The notes under the pieces were generated by a model. That model was not told the DNA's origin and made no database searches. It saw only the letters and a list, made by a program, of their open reading frames with translations. Below, piece by piece: positions 20,045 through 29,651 of a DNA stretch of 32,000 bases (its first letter is position 1; every line of letters starts with the position of its first letter). The stretch lies in NCBI RefSeq assembly GCF_000010065.1, contig NC_006576.1:1920001-1952000 (forward strand), read 5' to 3'. The translations under genes were made by a program, and so were the position numbers. Origin of the DNA: Synechococcus elongatus PCC 6301 (GTDB taxonomy: Bacteria > Cyanobacteriota > Cyanobacteriia > Synechococcales > Synechococcaceae).

Positions 20045-21163
20045 TTAACGGAACTGGCTGCCACGGTAGAAGGGGCGCTTGACGACTGTGGCGGGCACCT
20101 GTTTGCCCCGAATTTCGACCCAGAGTTCCTGCCCAAGATTGGCCAAGGCGGGAGGGACGTAGGCAAGGGCGATCGCTTTGCTGAGGGTGGGCGACCAACT
20201 GCCACTGGTAACAATTCCGACCGTGGTATCAGCGATCGCAACAGGATAGCCATGTCGGGCAATATTCCGGCCAGGCAGCTCGAGGCCGACCAAGCGACGT
20301 TCGAGACCGTTGGTTTTCGCTTGCACAAGGCGATCGCGCCCGAGGAAGTCAGGATTCCGGTCGAGATGAACTACCCAGCCCAATCCAGCTTCGAGAGGAT
20401 TGGTGTCAGTGTCCAGCTCATGACCGTAGAGCGGCATAGCGGCTTCCAGCCGCAGCGTATCGCGAGCCCCCAGTCCACAGGGCACAACCCCAGCGGCGGT
20501 CAGCTGTTGCCAGAGAGTGATCGCGGCTGCGGGCGGCAGCATCACCTCGCAGCCATCTTCGCCCGTGTAGCCGGTGCGGGCAACAAAGGCCGGTTGACCA
20601 GCGATCGAAGTCACCGTGTGGCTAAAGCGCGGCAGTTCTGCCAGATCGCAACTGACAAGAGGCTGAAGGAAAGCGATCGCTTGGGGACCTTGAATCGCAA
20701 CTAACGCCAAGTCTTGACTGAGATCTAGGAGGGCGATTGCGGGCGGTAAATGCTCTGTCAGCCAGAGGCGATCGCTGTCAGTCGTCGCAGCGTTGACAAT
20801 CAAAAACGCCTGTTCGACACCATCGACAATTCCCTGCCAGTAGACAATCAGGTCATCAAGGCAGCCTCCTGCTTCATTCAAAAGCACTGAGTATTGAGCC
20901 TGCCCCGGCAACAGAGTCGTCAAATCACTGGGCAGCAGACGTTGCAAAGCCGCCCGAAGGCCGGAGCCGCGCAACTGAAACTTGCCCATGTGGGAAATAT
21001 CAAATAGCCCTGCTCGCTCACGAACAGCGAGATGCTCTTGCATGAGCCCTTGAAACTGCAGGGGTAACTCCCAGCCTGCAAACCCCGTGAACCGAGCTCC
21101 CGCTGAAGTGCACACTGAATGCAGAGGGGAAGACAAGAGAGAAACGGTCACAGTCAGAGTCAC
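20045..21163 (-). CDS. gcvT: Glycine cleavage system T protein (aminomethyltransferase)
   Basis: 372 aa, GARFTGFAGWELPLQFQGLMQEHLAVRERAGLFDISHMGKFQLRG, ARTGYTGEDGCEVMLP, LGARDTLRLEAAMPLYGHELD. Confidence 0.96.
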   Translation of the reverse strand: MTLTVTVSLLSSPLHSVCTSAGARFTGFAGWELPLQFQGLMQEHLAVRERAGLFDISHMGKFQLRGSGLRAALQRLLPSDLTTLLPGQAQYSVLLNEAGGCLDDLIVYWQGIVDGVEQAFLIVNAATTDSDRLWLTEHLPPAIALLDLSQDLALVAIQGPQAIAFLQPLVSCDLAELPRFSHTVTSIAGQPAFVARTGYTGEDGCEVMLPPAAAITLWQQLTAAGVVPCGLGARDTLRLEAAMPLYGHELDTDTNPLEAGLGWVVHLDRNPDFLGRDRLVQAKTNGLERRLVGLELPGRNIARHGYPVAIADTTVGIVTSGSWSPTLSKAIALAYVPPALANLGQELWVEIRGKQVPATVVKRPFYRGSQFR

Positions 21164-21292
21164 AAACCAGAACTATCCCAATTGTGCGTCAAAACTTCGA
21201 TAAATTAGTGAATAAATTTGATGCTTAATTAATGGCTTTGAGAGAAAAACTACTTATTTTATCTTTGCAGGATGGATGTTCAGGTTACATTA

Positions 21293-22303
21293 CTAACCAC
21301 AATCTCTTTGAAGTTGTTCTAGTCGTTCAATTAAAGCCAGATATCGCTTTTGAGATTTAGGCTTATCGATCAAGTAAGAATGAACGTCTTGCAAATACTC
21401 AATAAAACTTTCAGGTGTACAAGGCTGACTCTGATATCGCAGCGTATGCCAGCGATGATAGCTATTATGAATTTCCTCTTTAACAACCAGAATATTGTCT
21501 ATTTTAGTAGCTAAGTCACTCCGGCTAGACTTGCAGAAAATATGATGGCCATGCAAATCAAATTGAGATCCCTCTCCGCATACCTCTCCAGTGACTTGAC
21601 AGCGATTACGAGCTAAACGCTTTGCATTTAAGATAGCCTGCGTAATTGCTTGTTCCTGTGACATCAATAGTTTGTACTGATAGTCAACACCATCAATAAT
21701 AGTGTCACCAACAGCCTCTAGCCAAGATTGTCTTGACTTGTTTTTATTTGATTTTTTCATGTCTTTAGATAGCTTTAGAATACCAGTATTACTAAAGTAT
21801 TCATCGGATTCAATATATGCTATATCTTTATTTGCTATTAAGATTTCAGCGCCTTCATAACCCCCTCCACCTTTTTTAATTCTGTCCATTGCACCATTAA
21901 TCCCTTTGCCATTGGTTCCAAGAATAGAAATAGCACTTCTACGATGAAAAAATAAGGTGTCTGACACTACTGCTGTTGACCCTGATCTTGTTTCTTGGGC
22001 AATTTTGCGCAGAACTAAAGCTCTTCGGATACGTTGCTGACGATGAGTAAAAAATTCAATTAGGCGGTTGAGGATGCCGTTGCCTTCTGTGACTTCTAGG
22101 TATTTGGCTATCGCAACAGCACCTTGCTCATAGAAATGTCGAATTTTTCCACGAGTAATCCATTCAAAATGCTCGCCTTCGTTAAGCTCCCATTCATCAT
22201 CTAGATTCGCATCAAACTTTTGACAAACCTTATAGAGTTTTGATTTGCTGATCTTTAGTGCAACTGCAGTCTCGTCATCTGTTAGCAAAGTGTATTGAGC
22301 CAT
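21293..22303 (-). CDS. HNH endonuclease domain protein with N-terminal helical region
   Basis: 336 aa. C-terminal CQVTGEVCGEGSQFDLHGHHIFCKSSRSDLATKIDNILVVKEEIHNSYH is HNH-like. The N-terminus DDETAVALKISKSKLYKVCQKF looks like a possible HTH. Confidence 0.75.
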   Translation of the reverse strand: MAQYTLLTDDETAVALKISKSKLYKVCQKFDANLDDEWELNEGEHFEWITRGKIRHFYEQGAVAIAKYLEVTEGNGILNRLIEFFTHRQQRIRRALVLRKIAQETRSGSTAVVSDTLFFHRRSAISILGTNGKGINGAMDRIKKGGGGYEGAEILIANKDIAYIESDEYFSNTGILKLSKDMKKSNKNKSRQSWLEAVGDTIIDGVDYQYKLLMSQEQAITQAILNAKRLARNRCQVTGEVCGEGSQFDLHGHHIFCKSSRSDLATKIDNILVVKEEIHNSYHRWHTLRYQSQPCTPESFIEYLQDVHSYLIDKPKSQKRYLALIERLEQLQRDCG

Positions 22304-22306
22304 AAC

Positions 22307-22885
22307 TTATCTCCCAAACAACAAGGAATCGCGCATTTGCTGAAGTTTTGAAAAAACTTCTGGATTACCCCCAGCATCTGGGTGATGCTCTTTAGCTAGT
22401 TGTCGAAAAGCGCTTTTGATATCTTCCACAGTTGCTTTTTTAGGATCTAAGCCAAAGACAATCCAAGGTCGAAAGTTTTTGAGGACATCAATGCCATTGA
22501 TGCAGTTGGGTCCCACTTCATTTCGTTCATCAGGTGGTACTGCTACCCATGCGCGATAGAGTTCGAGCCAAGGCTGCTTGAGCCTTAAGTCGTAGTCTCG
22601 ACCTTCGATCGCAACTTGAAAGCCTTCTGATTTTTTGAGTTGGGTAACAGTTGAACAGTTAAATGCTTGGCAAACGCCTGCTTTCAACTGGGCTAGGCTC
22701 AAGGGTTTGACTTTAGTGACTGGTGGCTGTTTCCCAGTGCTACTCTTCCCGCGAGAAGAGACCTTTTGCGATCGCGAAAACTGGGCAAATTCTAGGAAAA
22801 CCTGTCGATCAATCCCGTAGCGATCGGCCAATTCTGTAGCGCGATCGATGACAGATTGTGGCAGCGCAGTCGATTTTGAAGCCAT
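22307..22885 (-). CDS. J-domain (DnaJ-like) protein
   Basis: C-terminal VFGLDPKKATVEDIKSAFRQLAKEHHPDAGGNPEVFSKLQQMRDSLLFG with HPD tripeptide. ATG at 22885 (MASKSTALPQ) preferred over the upstream start at 22912. Confidence 0.85.
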   Translation of the reverse strand: MASKSTALPQSVIDRATELADRYGIDRQVFLEFAQFSRSQKVSSRGKSSTGKQPPVTKVKPLSLAQLKAGVCQAFNCSTVTQLKKSEGFQVAIEGRDYDLRLKQPWLELYRAWVAVPPDERNEVGPNCINGIDVLKNFRPWIVFGLDPKKATVEDIKSAFRQLAKEHHPDAGGNPEVFSKLQQMRDSLLFGR

Positions 22886-23026
22886 GCAGACCATGCCCAA
22901 AGAGAGCCGCAAGCTTCTACAGCTTATGGGGCTTTGCTCCTAGGTCAGCGACTTCTTAAATAGAAGTTCATGTTTTGCGTCACTGCGGAGTGCTATTCAG
23001 CCTAATGAGAGGTCGATCGCTAAAAC

Positions 23027-23713
23027 TTAGCTTTCGCGTAGGACATAACCGACGCCGCGCACCGTTTGCACAAGCCGTTTTTCGCCTTCGATCTCAATCT
23101 TGAGGCGCAAGTAGCGAATGTAGACCTCAATTACATTCGACTCGCCCATAAAGTCATAACCCCAGACATTCTCAAGAATTTGCTCTCGCGTCAGCACTTC
23201 GCGCGGATGCTCCATCAAAAAACGCAGAAGATCAAATTCCTTCATGGTTAGGTCGATTTGACGACCATTACGAGCAGCACGCCGCGTGGAAAGGTCGAGG
23301 GTTAAGTTGCTGAATTGCAGATGTTCTTGAGCAGCAGGTTCTCGTTGTAAATAGAGCTGGAGTCGCCGTAAAAACTCATCGCTGCGGTAAGGCTTTAGTA
23401 AATAATCATCAGCCCCTGCTTCGAGACAGGCAACGCGGTCTTCAACGGTATCACGACCCATCAATAACAGAATCGGAATGGTTAAGCCGCGATCGCGCAG
23501 CTGTCGGCAGAATTGCAGACCTGATTGGCCGCCCGCCATGCGATCGACGATGACTAAATCAGGCTTCTGAAGATCGATTTGTGCAAATAAATCCTGCTGA
23601 ACATTGGCGAGAGAGGTTCCATAACCGGCCTGGAGTAAGTCGCCTGCCATTTGTTGAGCCAAGCTGGAATCTGACTCGATCAATAAAATGTGTGGCGAGG
23701 CTGGCGCGATCAT
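23027..23713 (-). CDS. nblR: OmpR/PhoB-family response regulator NblR
   Basis: 228 aa. Receiver domain HILLIESDSSLAQQMAGDLLQAGY...VDRMAGGQSG...LEAGADDYLLKPY plus winged-helix ILENVWGYDFMGESNVIEVYIRYLRLKIE. Matches recalled S. elongatus NblR. Confidence 0.8.
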   Translation of the reverse strand: MIAPASPHILLIESDSSLAQQMAGDLLQAGYGTSLANVQQDLFAQIDLQKPDLVIVDRMAGGQSGLQFCRQLRDRGLTIPILLLMGRDTVEDRVACLEAGADDYLLKPYRSDEFLRRLQLYLQREPAAQEHLQFSNLTLDLSTRRAARNGRQIDLTMKEFDLLRFLMEHPREVLTREQILENVWGYDFMGESNVIEVYIRYLRLKIEIEGEKRLVQTVRGVGYVLRES

Positions 23714-23757
23714 AGTTCTTCCTCACTCAGTAGCAGTCTCAGTAAATGAGTGTGCCC

Positions 23758-24675
23758 CTAGCTTTGATCGGGTGCGCTAGGCTTGGCAACATGGGGAAGT
23801 CCCCAACCCAACTTTTCTCGCAAAACTCGAAAGAATTCATTTGGCTGCAAACGAATAAACTGCGCAGGGTAGCGCGATCGCTGGATTAACACCCGGTCTT
23901 CTGGCCAAACATAGCAACCGGCATTGCCATCGACCACCATCATCAAGCGTTCCGGTGTTGCTGGAAAAATGGTCATGGGTTCCCGATTCGCAAAAACCAA
24001 GGCGCGTGAGGCGAGGGAATGCGGACAAATCGGCACCAATTGAAAGACGGGAACATCCGGGGTCACAACAGGACCACCAGAGCTGAGAGAGTAAGCAGTT
24101 GAGCCCGTGGGCGTAGAAACAATTACCCCATCCGCCGCAATATCAACCGGAACATGTTTGCCGATCGCCACCTCAAAATGACACATACTTGTCAGTGGCT
24201 CACGGTGTAGTGCCATTTCATTCAATGACAGTGCTTCCCACCGAATCAACTCACGGCGCAACACTTTGACTTCCATCATCGTGCGCTCTTCGATGCTGTA
24301 TTCGCCTTTGCAAAGCTGCTCAATCGCAGCGGGTAAGCTGTCGAGATAAGCCTCAGCTAAAAATCCTAAATGTCCCGTATTGACAGTCAGCATGGGTACG
24401 CCAATCGGAGCTAGTTGCCGAGCTGCTGCGAGGACTGTTCCATCACCTCCCAAGACGATCGCCCAGCGGAGACTCGCATCAAAGCCGCGTGGCACTAAAC
24501 TCTCGACGGGGGTATGGCAGATGACGGTGTCGGGATTGGAATAGCCCAGCAAGCCGGACTGGCTTGTTGCTAAACGGACACCCCAGCCGCGATCTTGGAG
24601 TTGCTGCTGCAATTCTTCAGCGATCGTGCAGGCTCTCGGTTTGCTGTCGTTGTAGATAATGCCAACATCTGGCAC
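23758..24675 (-). CDS. nadK: NAD kinase
   Basis: 305 aa, [66 protein letters not shown]. Confidence 0.96.
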   Translation of the reverse strand: MPDVGIIYNDSKPRACTIAEELQQQLQDRGWGVRLATSQSGLLGYSNPDTVICHTPVESLVPRGFDASLRWAIVLGGDGTVLAAARQLAPIGVPMLTVNTGHLGFLAEAYLDSLPAAIEQLCKGEYSIEERTMMEVKVLRRELIRWEALSLNEMALHREPLTSMCHFEVAIGKHVPVDIAADGVIVSTPTGSTAYSLSSGGPVVTPDVPVFQLVPICPHSLASRALVFANREPMTIFPATPERLMMVVDGNAGCYVWPEDRVLIQRSRYPAQFIRLQPNEFFRVLREKLGWGLPHVAKPSAPDQS

Positions 24676-24774
24676 GCGAGTACTGCACGCTAAAGGCCAA
24701 TTGCAGTTCCGATTTTATCAGGGCTTGGGAGTCCCGCTGTGCTCGCGGGGATCAGGGTGGTTCCTGATCCAGAT

Positions 24775-25611
24775 TTAGGGCGATCGCCAGATGGCATCGG
24801 CCACTCGAGCCACATCGACCATCGCCGCCACATCGTGAACTCGTAAAATATCGGCTCCTTGGGCGATCGCTGCGCTACAAGCCGCTGCCGTCCCCCAGAC
24901 GCGTTGCTGGGGATCGGGCTGATTAAGGATTTTGCCAATAAAGCTCTTGCGGGAGACACCTACCAACAGCGGGCAGCCGAGCGTGGTCAATTCTCGCTGA
25001 CGTCGCAGGAGTTCCAAGTTTTGTTCAGCCGTTTTGGCAAAGCCGATCCCCGGATCGAGAATAATCCGCTCCGGTTGCACCCCCGCCGCGATCGCTGCCT
25101 CACGCCGTTCTACCAAGCTGGTTTGTACGGCTGTGACGACATCGTCGTAGTCGGTCAGTTGCTGCATGGTTTGTGGTGTGCCGCGCAGATGCATCAACAC
25201 GATCGGTGCCTGCCGTTCGGCTGCCAGTGAGAGAATTTCAGGCTCGAAAGTCCCCCCGGAAATGTCATTGATCCAGTCTGCACCTGCTGCGAGGGCTGCA
25301 GCCGCGACCTCTACCCGCGTTGTATCGACCGAGAGGATCGGCTTTGATCCCAGCTCTGCCCGCAGCGATCGCACAACAGGGATCACCCGCGCTAGCTCAA
25401 CCGCCAAGGGCACGGTTTCGGCTCCCGGGCGAGTTGACTGACCACCGATGTCGAGAATGTCCGCTCCGGCTTGCCAGAGCGCTTGACCTTGGGCAACGGC
25501 GATTGCGGGATCTAAGAACTGGCCACCATCGCTAAAGCTATCGGGCGTCACGTTGATCACCCCCATCAGGTAGGTCCGTTGGCCCCACTGCAGGGTTGAG
25601 CGATCGCTCAT
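24775..25611 (-). CDS. folP: Dihydropteroate synthase
   Basis: 278 aa, LMGVINVTPDSFSDGGQF, DILDIGGQSTRPGAE, SVDTTRVEVAAAALAAGADWINDISGG, LDPGIGFAKT. Confidence 0.96.
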   Translation of the reverse strand: MSDRSTLQWGQRTYLMGVINVTPDSFSDGGQFLDPAIAVAQGQALWQAGADILDIGGQSTRPGAETVPLAVELARVIPVVRSLRAELGSKPILSVDTTRVEVAAAALAAGADWINDISGGTFEPEILSLAAERQAPIVLMHLRGTPQTMQQLTDYDDVVTAVQTSLVERREAAIAAGVQPERIILDPGIGFAKTAEQNLELLRRQRELTTLGCPLLVGVSRKSFIGKILNQPDPQQRVWGTAAACSAAIAQGADILRVHDVAAMVDVARVADAIWRSP

Positions 25612-25780
25612 CAGTTAATTCCTTGCCACAGCACTGCAGTGTAGGCTGAATCAGCACGGATTTTGCGACTGCTGCTTTCCCAGGGCGATCGCTTGCTACG
25701 GTCCGTAATCTTGCGAAGCCAAGCATGTGTCGGCACGGCCTGCCGTGATAGTCTGTCTCAAGTGAGACTGCTGCGAGATT

Positions 25781-26137
25781 GTGAATAGCTCCTTTGGCTC
25801 GACCCCGGATGGCCTCCTAGAAATTGAAGCAGTGCAAAAAGCGATCAATCGATCGCGTGCCTCGGTTTACCGCTACATCAACAGTGATCGCCAGCAGCTC
25901 AACCCACCCTACGACCCTCGCAAACTGAATCCAGAGTTGCGGACTGACCATCGCGATCCCCTGCTCTTTCACCCCAACGAAGTCGCGCGCTTTGCCCGCG
26001 ATGTCCTCAAAATTCGCCAAGTCACGGTCGAAGTCCTCAACGCACCCCAAACTCAAACCCAGGAATTGCTGACGGAGATTTTGGCAGAATTGCGGCTATT
26101 ACGGCAGCTCTACGAGGCGCAATTGCCGCAGAAATAG
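25781..26137 (+). CDS. Small conserved protein with HTH-like N-terminus
   Basis: 118 aa from GTG, LEIEAVQKAINRSRASVYRYINSDRQQLNPPYDPRKLNPELR...FHPNEVARFARDVL. Confidence 0.55.
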   Translation: MNSSFGSTPDGLLEIEAVQKAINRSRASVYRYINSDRQQLNPPYDPRKLNPELRTDHRDPLLFHPNEVARFARDVLKIRQVTVEVLNAPQTQTQELLTEILAELRLLRQLYEAQLPQK

Positions 26138-26213
26138 CCTGCCCTAATCAAGACCCAGCGATCGCTCTCGCCTGAGCCTCGATACACATCACGGGTGCGA
26201 TCGGAATACCGAG

Positions 26214-26486
26214 TTAGAAGCGCCCGCCCCCGCCGCAATTCGCTTGCAGAACGGCCGGCACGGTTTGACCCAGATTGACGTAGGCCTGTTGAATTTCGGA
26301 GCGCTCAACGGTGTTGAGGGTGCAGAAGTTGTCATTACCTGTAACAAAGCGCCGGTTAGCATCTTCGACAATTTCCGCATCGCTGTTGGTCGCAGCATTG
26401 GGAGTGGTATTGGATGGCGGAGGATCTGCCGCGATCGCAGTAGAGACCAGACCGGTGAGGGCGATCGACAAAAGGAAAAACTTCAT
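26214..26486 (-). CDS. Small secreted protein of unknown function
   Basis: 90 aa, clear signal peptide MKFFLLSIALTGLVSTAIAA, two cysteines in the mature part (NFCTLNTVERSEIQQAYVNLGQTVPAVLQANCGGGGRF). Confidence 0.6.
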   Translation of the reverse strand: MKFFLLSIALTGLVSTAIAADPPPSNTTPNAATNSDAEIVEDANRRFVTGNDNFCTLNTVERSEIQQAYVNLGQTVPAVLQANCGGGGRF

Positions 26487-26623
26487 GGTTTTCTGTCAGC
26501 CACGATGGGGCTATTGTTCCCCAAGCAAAAAGCCAACCCGACTTGGATTGGCTTCAACGCAGATCTCAAATAATTCGCGTTCGTGGTCCTGTAGCCAAGC
26601 TAACGATTCGCTGTATCCCTGGG

Positions 26624-27118
26624 TCAGGAATCGGATTTGGCTTGCTGGCGAGCAGCTCTCGACTCACGCCAAGCGGTGATCATCCGACCACCATTCAAAC
26701 GAAACTCATCCCAGCCCAACAGGCTACCGTCTTGTTGCTCATCCCACGAGGCTGAGAGCAAACCGTAGGTCAAGCCCAGCACTCCTAGGCCGAAGCAGCC
26801 CATGGAAGCAAGGACCACCGCAGACGTTGGCAAGGGGATAATTTCGCGGCTAACGAGCCAGTAGCTCAGGAAGAACACGGCGACGCCCAAGCCCGTTGGC
26901 ACCCCGGAGAAGGCTAATATGCGGCGCAGCATTCGCTGGCTAACAGCGTCAGGAATGCGCGTTTCCTCTAGCTTGGGTTGCGATCGCGAAACCTTCGATG
27001 ACTGCTTAGGCTCTGACGCTTGAGTGGCGACAGGGGCTGGAGCCGCCGCCGCTTTGGCTGGCTTCGCTTTGCGCCGCTTGGGCTCAAACGGCAACCGGTC
27101 AGGCGTTGGTTTGCTCAT
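26624..27118 (-). CDS. PAM68-like (DUF3464) membrane protein
   Basis: 164 aa, IPDAVSQRMLRRILAFSGVPTGLGVAVFFLSYWLVSREIIPLPTSAVVLASMGCFGLGVLGLTYGLLSASWDE. Confidence 0.85.
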   Translation of the reverse strand: MSKPTPDRLPFEPKRRKAKPAKAAAAPAPVATQASEPKQSSKVSRSQPKLEETRIPDAVSQRMLRRILAFSGVPTGLGVAVFFLSYWLVSREIIPLPTSAVVLASMGCFGLGVLGLTYGLLSASWDEQQDGSLLGWDEFRLNGGRMITAWRESRAARQQAKSDS

Positions 27119-27123
27119 CGGCC

Positions 27124-27393
27124 TTAGCCGCGGATACCGAGGCGCTCGATCAGGGCTTTGTAGCGATCGCGGTCTTGCTTGAGGATGTAAGCCAGCAGGC
27201 GTTTCCGCTGACCGATCAACCGCAGCAGACCTGTGCGGGAGGCAAAGTCTTTTTTGTTTTGCTGCAGGTGTTGGCTCAGGCGGCTAATCCGCTCGCTCAA
27301 CACGGCCACTTGCACATCCGCCGAGCCAGTGTCGGTGGGGTGGATCTGGTAGGCCTCAAAAATTTCCTGCTTACGGGCTTGGGTCAGGGACAT
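27124..27393 (-). CDS. rpsO: 30S ribosomal protein S15
   Basis: 89 aa from [65 protein letters not shown]-like. The listed ORF starts 13 codons upstream. Confidence 0.97.
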   Translation of the reverse strand: [89 protein letters not shown]

Positions 27394-27438
27394 GGAACTC
27401 AGTCGCGCTTCAGCAAACTCTGATAGTAGCATGGCCGA

Positions 27439-28080
27439 TCAACGGCTAAGCCATGCGATCGCTTCACGAATCCAATCTTCGGCGGGCTGCCCCGACTGGA
27501 CAAGATTTTCTTGGGCGATCGCGGTCAAGGCTTGCAGGATTTCGCGATTGTTGTATCCCAGCGCCAGCAGGGTCATTTCCACATCCTCCTGTACTGCTGC
27601 GATCGGGGCTGCCGTCGCACTGGGGAGCAGGCCCGCCTCTTCGCGCCACTCCGCTAATTTGCTACGCAACTCCAAGGCGAGTCGTTCTGCGGTCTTCGCA
27701 CCAACGCCGGGAGTCCGGCTCAGCAGACGCGTATTGCCCGCCACGATCGCCTGCACTAATTCCGCCAGACTTAAACTGTCGAGCAGCGCTAGCCCCAACT
27801 GGGGGCCAATCCCGCTGACGCTGATCAGCTGCCGAAACAGATCGCGCTCTGCCATTTGCAAGAAACCAAACAGCAGCCACTGATCTTCTCGGACCTGAAG
27901 ATGGGTGAACACTTGTAGGGATTGACCAGCGGCAGGCAGCTCTACCAGCGATCGCGCTGGTGTTTGCACTTCGTAGCCAACTCCCTGCACATCTAATAAG
28001 AGCAAGAGTCGGCCGCTCTGCTTGCGAACGCCAGCCAGAGAACCTTGGAGATAGCCAATCATGACGGTCTGCGGAGTCAA
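27439..28080 (-). CDS. ruvA: Holliday junction DNA helicase subunit RuvA
   Basis: 213 aa, MIGYLQGSLAGV...GVGYEVQTPARSL...LISVSGIGPQLGLALLDSL...RTPGVGAKTAERLALELRSKL. Confidence 0.96.
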   Translation of the reverse strand: MTPQTVMIGYLQGSLAGVRKQSGRLLLLLDVQGVGYEVQTPARSLVELPAAGQSLQVFTHLQVREDQWLLFGFLQMAERDLFRQLISVSGIGPQLGLALLDSLSLAELVQAIVAGNTRLLSRTPGVGAKTAERLALELRSKLAEWREEAGLLPSATAAPIAAVQEDVEMTLLALGYNNREILQALTAIAQENLVQSGQPAEDWIREAIAWLSR

Positions 28081-28306
28081 TGCCTGCGATCGCTAATCCT
28101 ACGGGGCGGCGATCGTGAAATGACCGGTTGCTCCCACCCTAGGATCCTGCCTAGAAATGTCCTGCAGCGACCGATCCCAGATGAGACGGTTGTAATTCTC
28201 TCTAAACATTCGAAAGGAAGTCTGAAGTTCTGAGGGGATCGCCCGACGAATCGAATTGGGCTGGTTAAGCTGAAAGGGCCGCAAATCAAGGCTTATTGAG
28301 GCAGTT

Positions 28307-29500
28307 ATGGCAGCGAATTTACTCGAACAACTCCGCGGAATGACGGTGGTTGTCGCAGACACCGGCGGCATTCAGTCGATCGCGACGTTCACCCCTCGCG
28401 ATGCCACCACCAACCCTTCTCTGATCACAGCCGCGGCGCAAATGCCGCAGTATCAAAGCATTATTGATGACACGCTCCGCCAAGTTCGGACTGAGCTAGG
28501 CGCAGAAGCCCCTGTAGAAGCGATCGTGGCTGAAGCCATCGATGAACTGTTTGTCGCTTTTGGCTTGCGCATTCTCGAAATTGTGCCAGGGCGCGTTTCC
28601 ACAGAAGTTGATGCTCGGCTCTCCTACGACACCGAAGCCACGATCGCTAAAGCCCGTAAGCTGATTGGGCTGTACGAGCGGGCAGGCATCCGCCGCGATC
28701 GCGTGCTGATTAAAATTGCCTCAACTTGGGAAGGCATCCGGGCTGCTGAAGTCCTGGAAAAAGAAGGCATTCATTGCAACCTGACCCTGCTGTTTGGCTT
28801 CCACCAAGCTGTGGCCTGCGCTGAGGCCGGCGTCACCCTCATCTCGCCTTTTGTTGGTCGCATCCTCGATTGGTACAAGAAGGAATCCGGACGCGACGCT
28901 TTCCCAGGGGCAGAAGATCCGGGCGTCCAGTCCGTCACCCAGATTTACAACTACTACAAAAAATTCGGCTATGCGACGGAAGTGATGGGCGCTAGCTTCC
29001 GTAACATCAGCGAGATCATTGAACTGGCGGGCTGCGACCTCCTGACGATCTCGCCGGGGCTACTGGAAGAGTTACGCCAGACCGAAGCGCTACTGGAGCG
29101 CAAGCTCGATCCCGCGATCGCTGAAAGCCTTGAGCTGGAGCAAATTCACCTCGATCGCGATCGCTTTGCTGAACTCCACCAAGCCGATCGCATGGCCAAT
29201 GAAAAGCTAGACGAAGGCATTCGTGGTTTTTGCAAGGCGATCGATACCCTCGAAGGCTTGCTTAAGCAACGACTAGCCGTGCTGGAAGGCAAAGCCGTTT
29301 TCCACCACGCTGCCCACGAAGTTTTCAGCGTCTGCGACCTTGATGGCGATGGCTTTATCACCCGTGAGGAATGGCTGGGCAGCGATGCTGTCTTTGATGC
29401 ACTCGACCTGAACAAGGACGGCAAGCTCAACGAAGAGGACTTGCTCGCCGGTCTCGGGGCTACCTTGCAAATGGCGGGGCGAGCGGTTGCGACCGTCTAA
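28307..29500 (+). CDS. tal: Transaldolase with C-terminal EF-hand pair
   Basis: 397 aa, [97 protein letters not shown]-hand loops [12 protein letters not shown] and [12 protein letters not shown]. Confidence 0.96.
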   Translation: MAANLLEQLRGMTVVVADTGGIQSIATFTPRDATTNPSLITAAAQMPQYQSIIDDTLRQVRTELGAEAPVEAIVAEAIDELFVAFGLRILEIVPGRVSTEVDARLSYDTEATIAKARKLIGLYERAGIRRDRVLIKIASTWEGIRAAEVLEKEGIHCNLTLLFGFHQAVACAEAGVTLISPFVGRILDWYKKESGRDAFPGAEDPGVQSVTQIYNYYKKFGYATEVMGASFRNISEIIELAGCDLLTISPGLLEELRQTEALLERKLDPAIAESLELEQIHLDRDRFAELHQADRMANEKLDEGIRGFCKAIDTLEGLLKQRLAVLEGKAVFHHAAHEVFSVCDLDGDGFITREEWLGSDAVFDALDLNKDGKLNEEDLLAGLGATLQMAGRAVATV

Positions 29501-29651
29501 AAAGCGCTGACGCTGTGTTGATCGAAGACCTCAACTTGCCGTGATCGCAGTGGGTTGAGGTCCATTTTTTGTGGGATCTCGTCCGTCTCGAACAAAATCC
29601 TGAGTCTGGACTGCCTAGGATAGCCGGGACTTTGTGGGTGTGGAACGAGAC

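Noticed and set aside
19967-20704. 245-aa plus-strand ORF over gcvT and its terminator region
   Set aside because: Antisense to a clear GcvT, with no motif. It also begins within the peroxiredoxin terminator hairpin.
21293-22912. Prophage or transposon explanation for the J-domain/HNH locus
   Set aside because: No integrase, transposase, capsid/terminase genes, or flanking inverted/direct repeats were seen. HNH domains occur in many non-phage contexts.
24690-24959. 89-aa minus ORF between nadK and folP
   Set aside because: Out-of-frame overlap with the folP 3' end, with random-looking composition.
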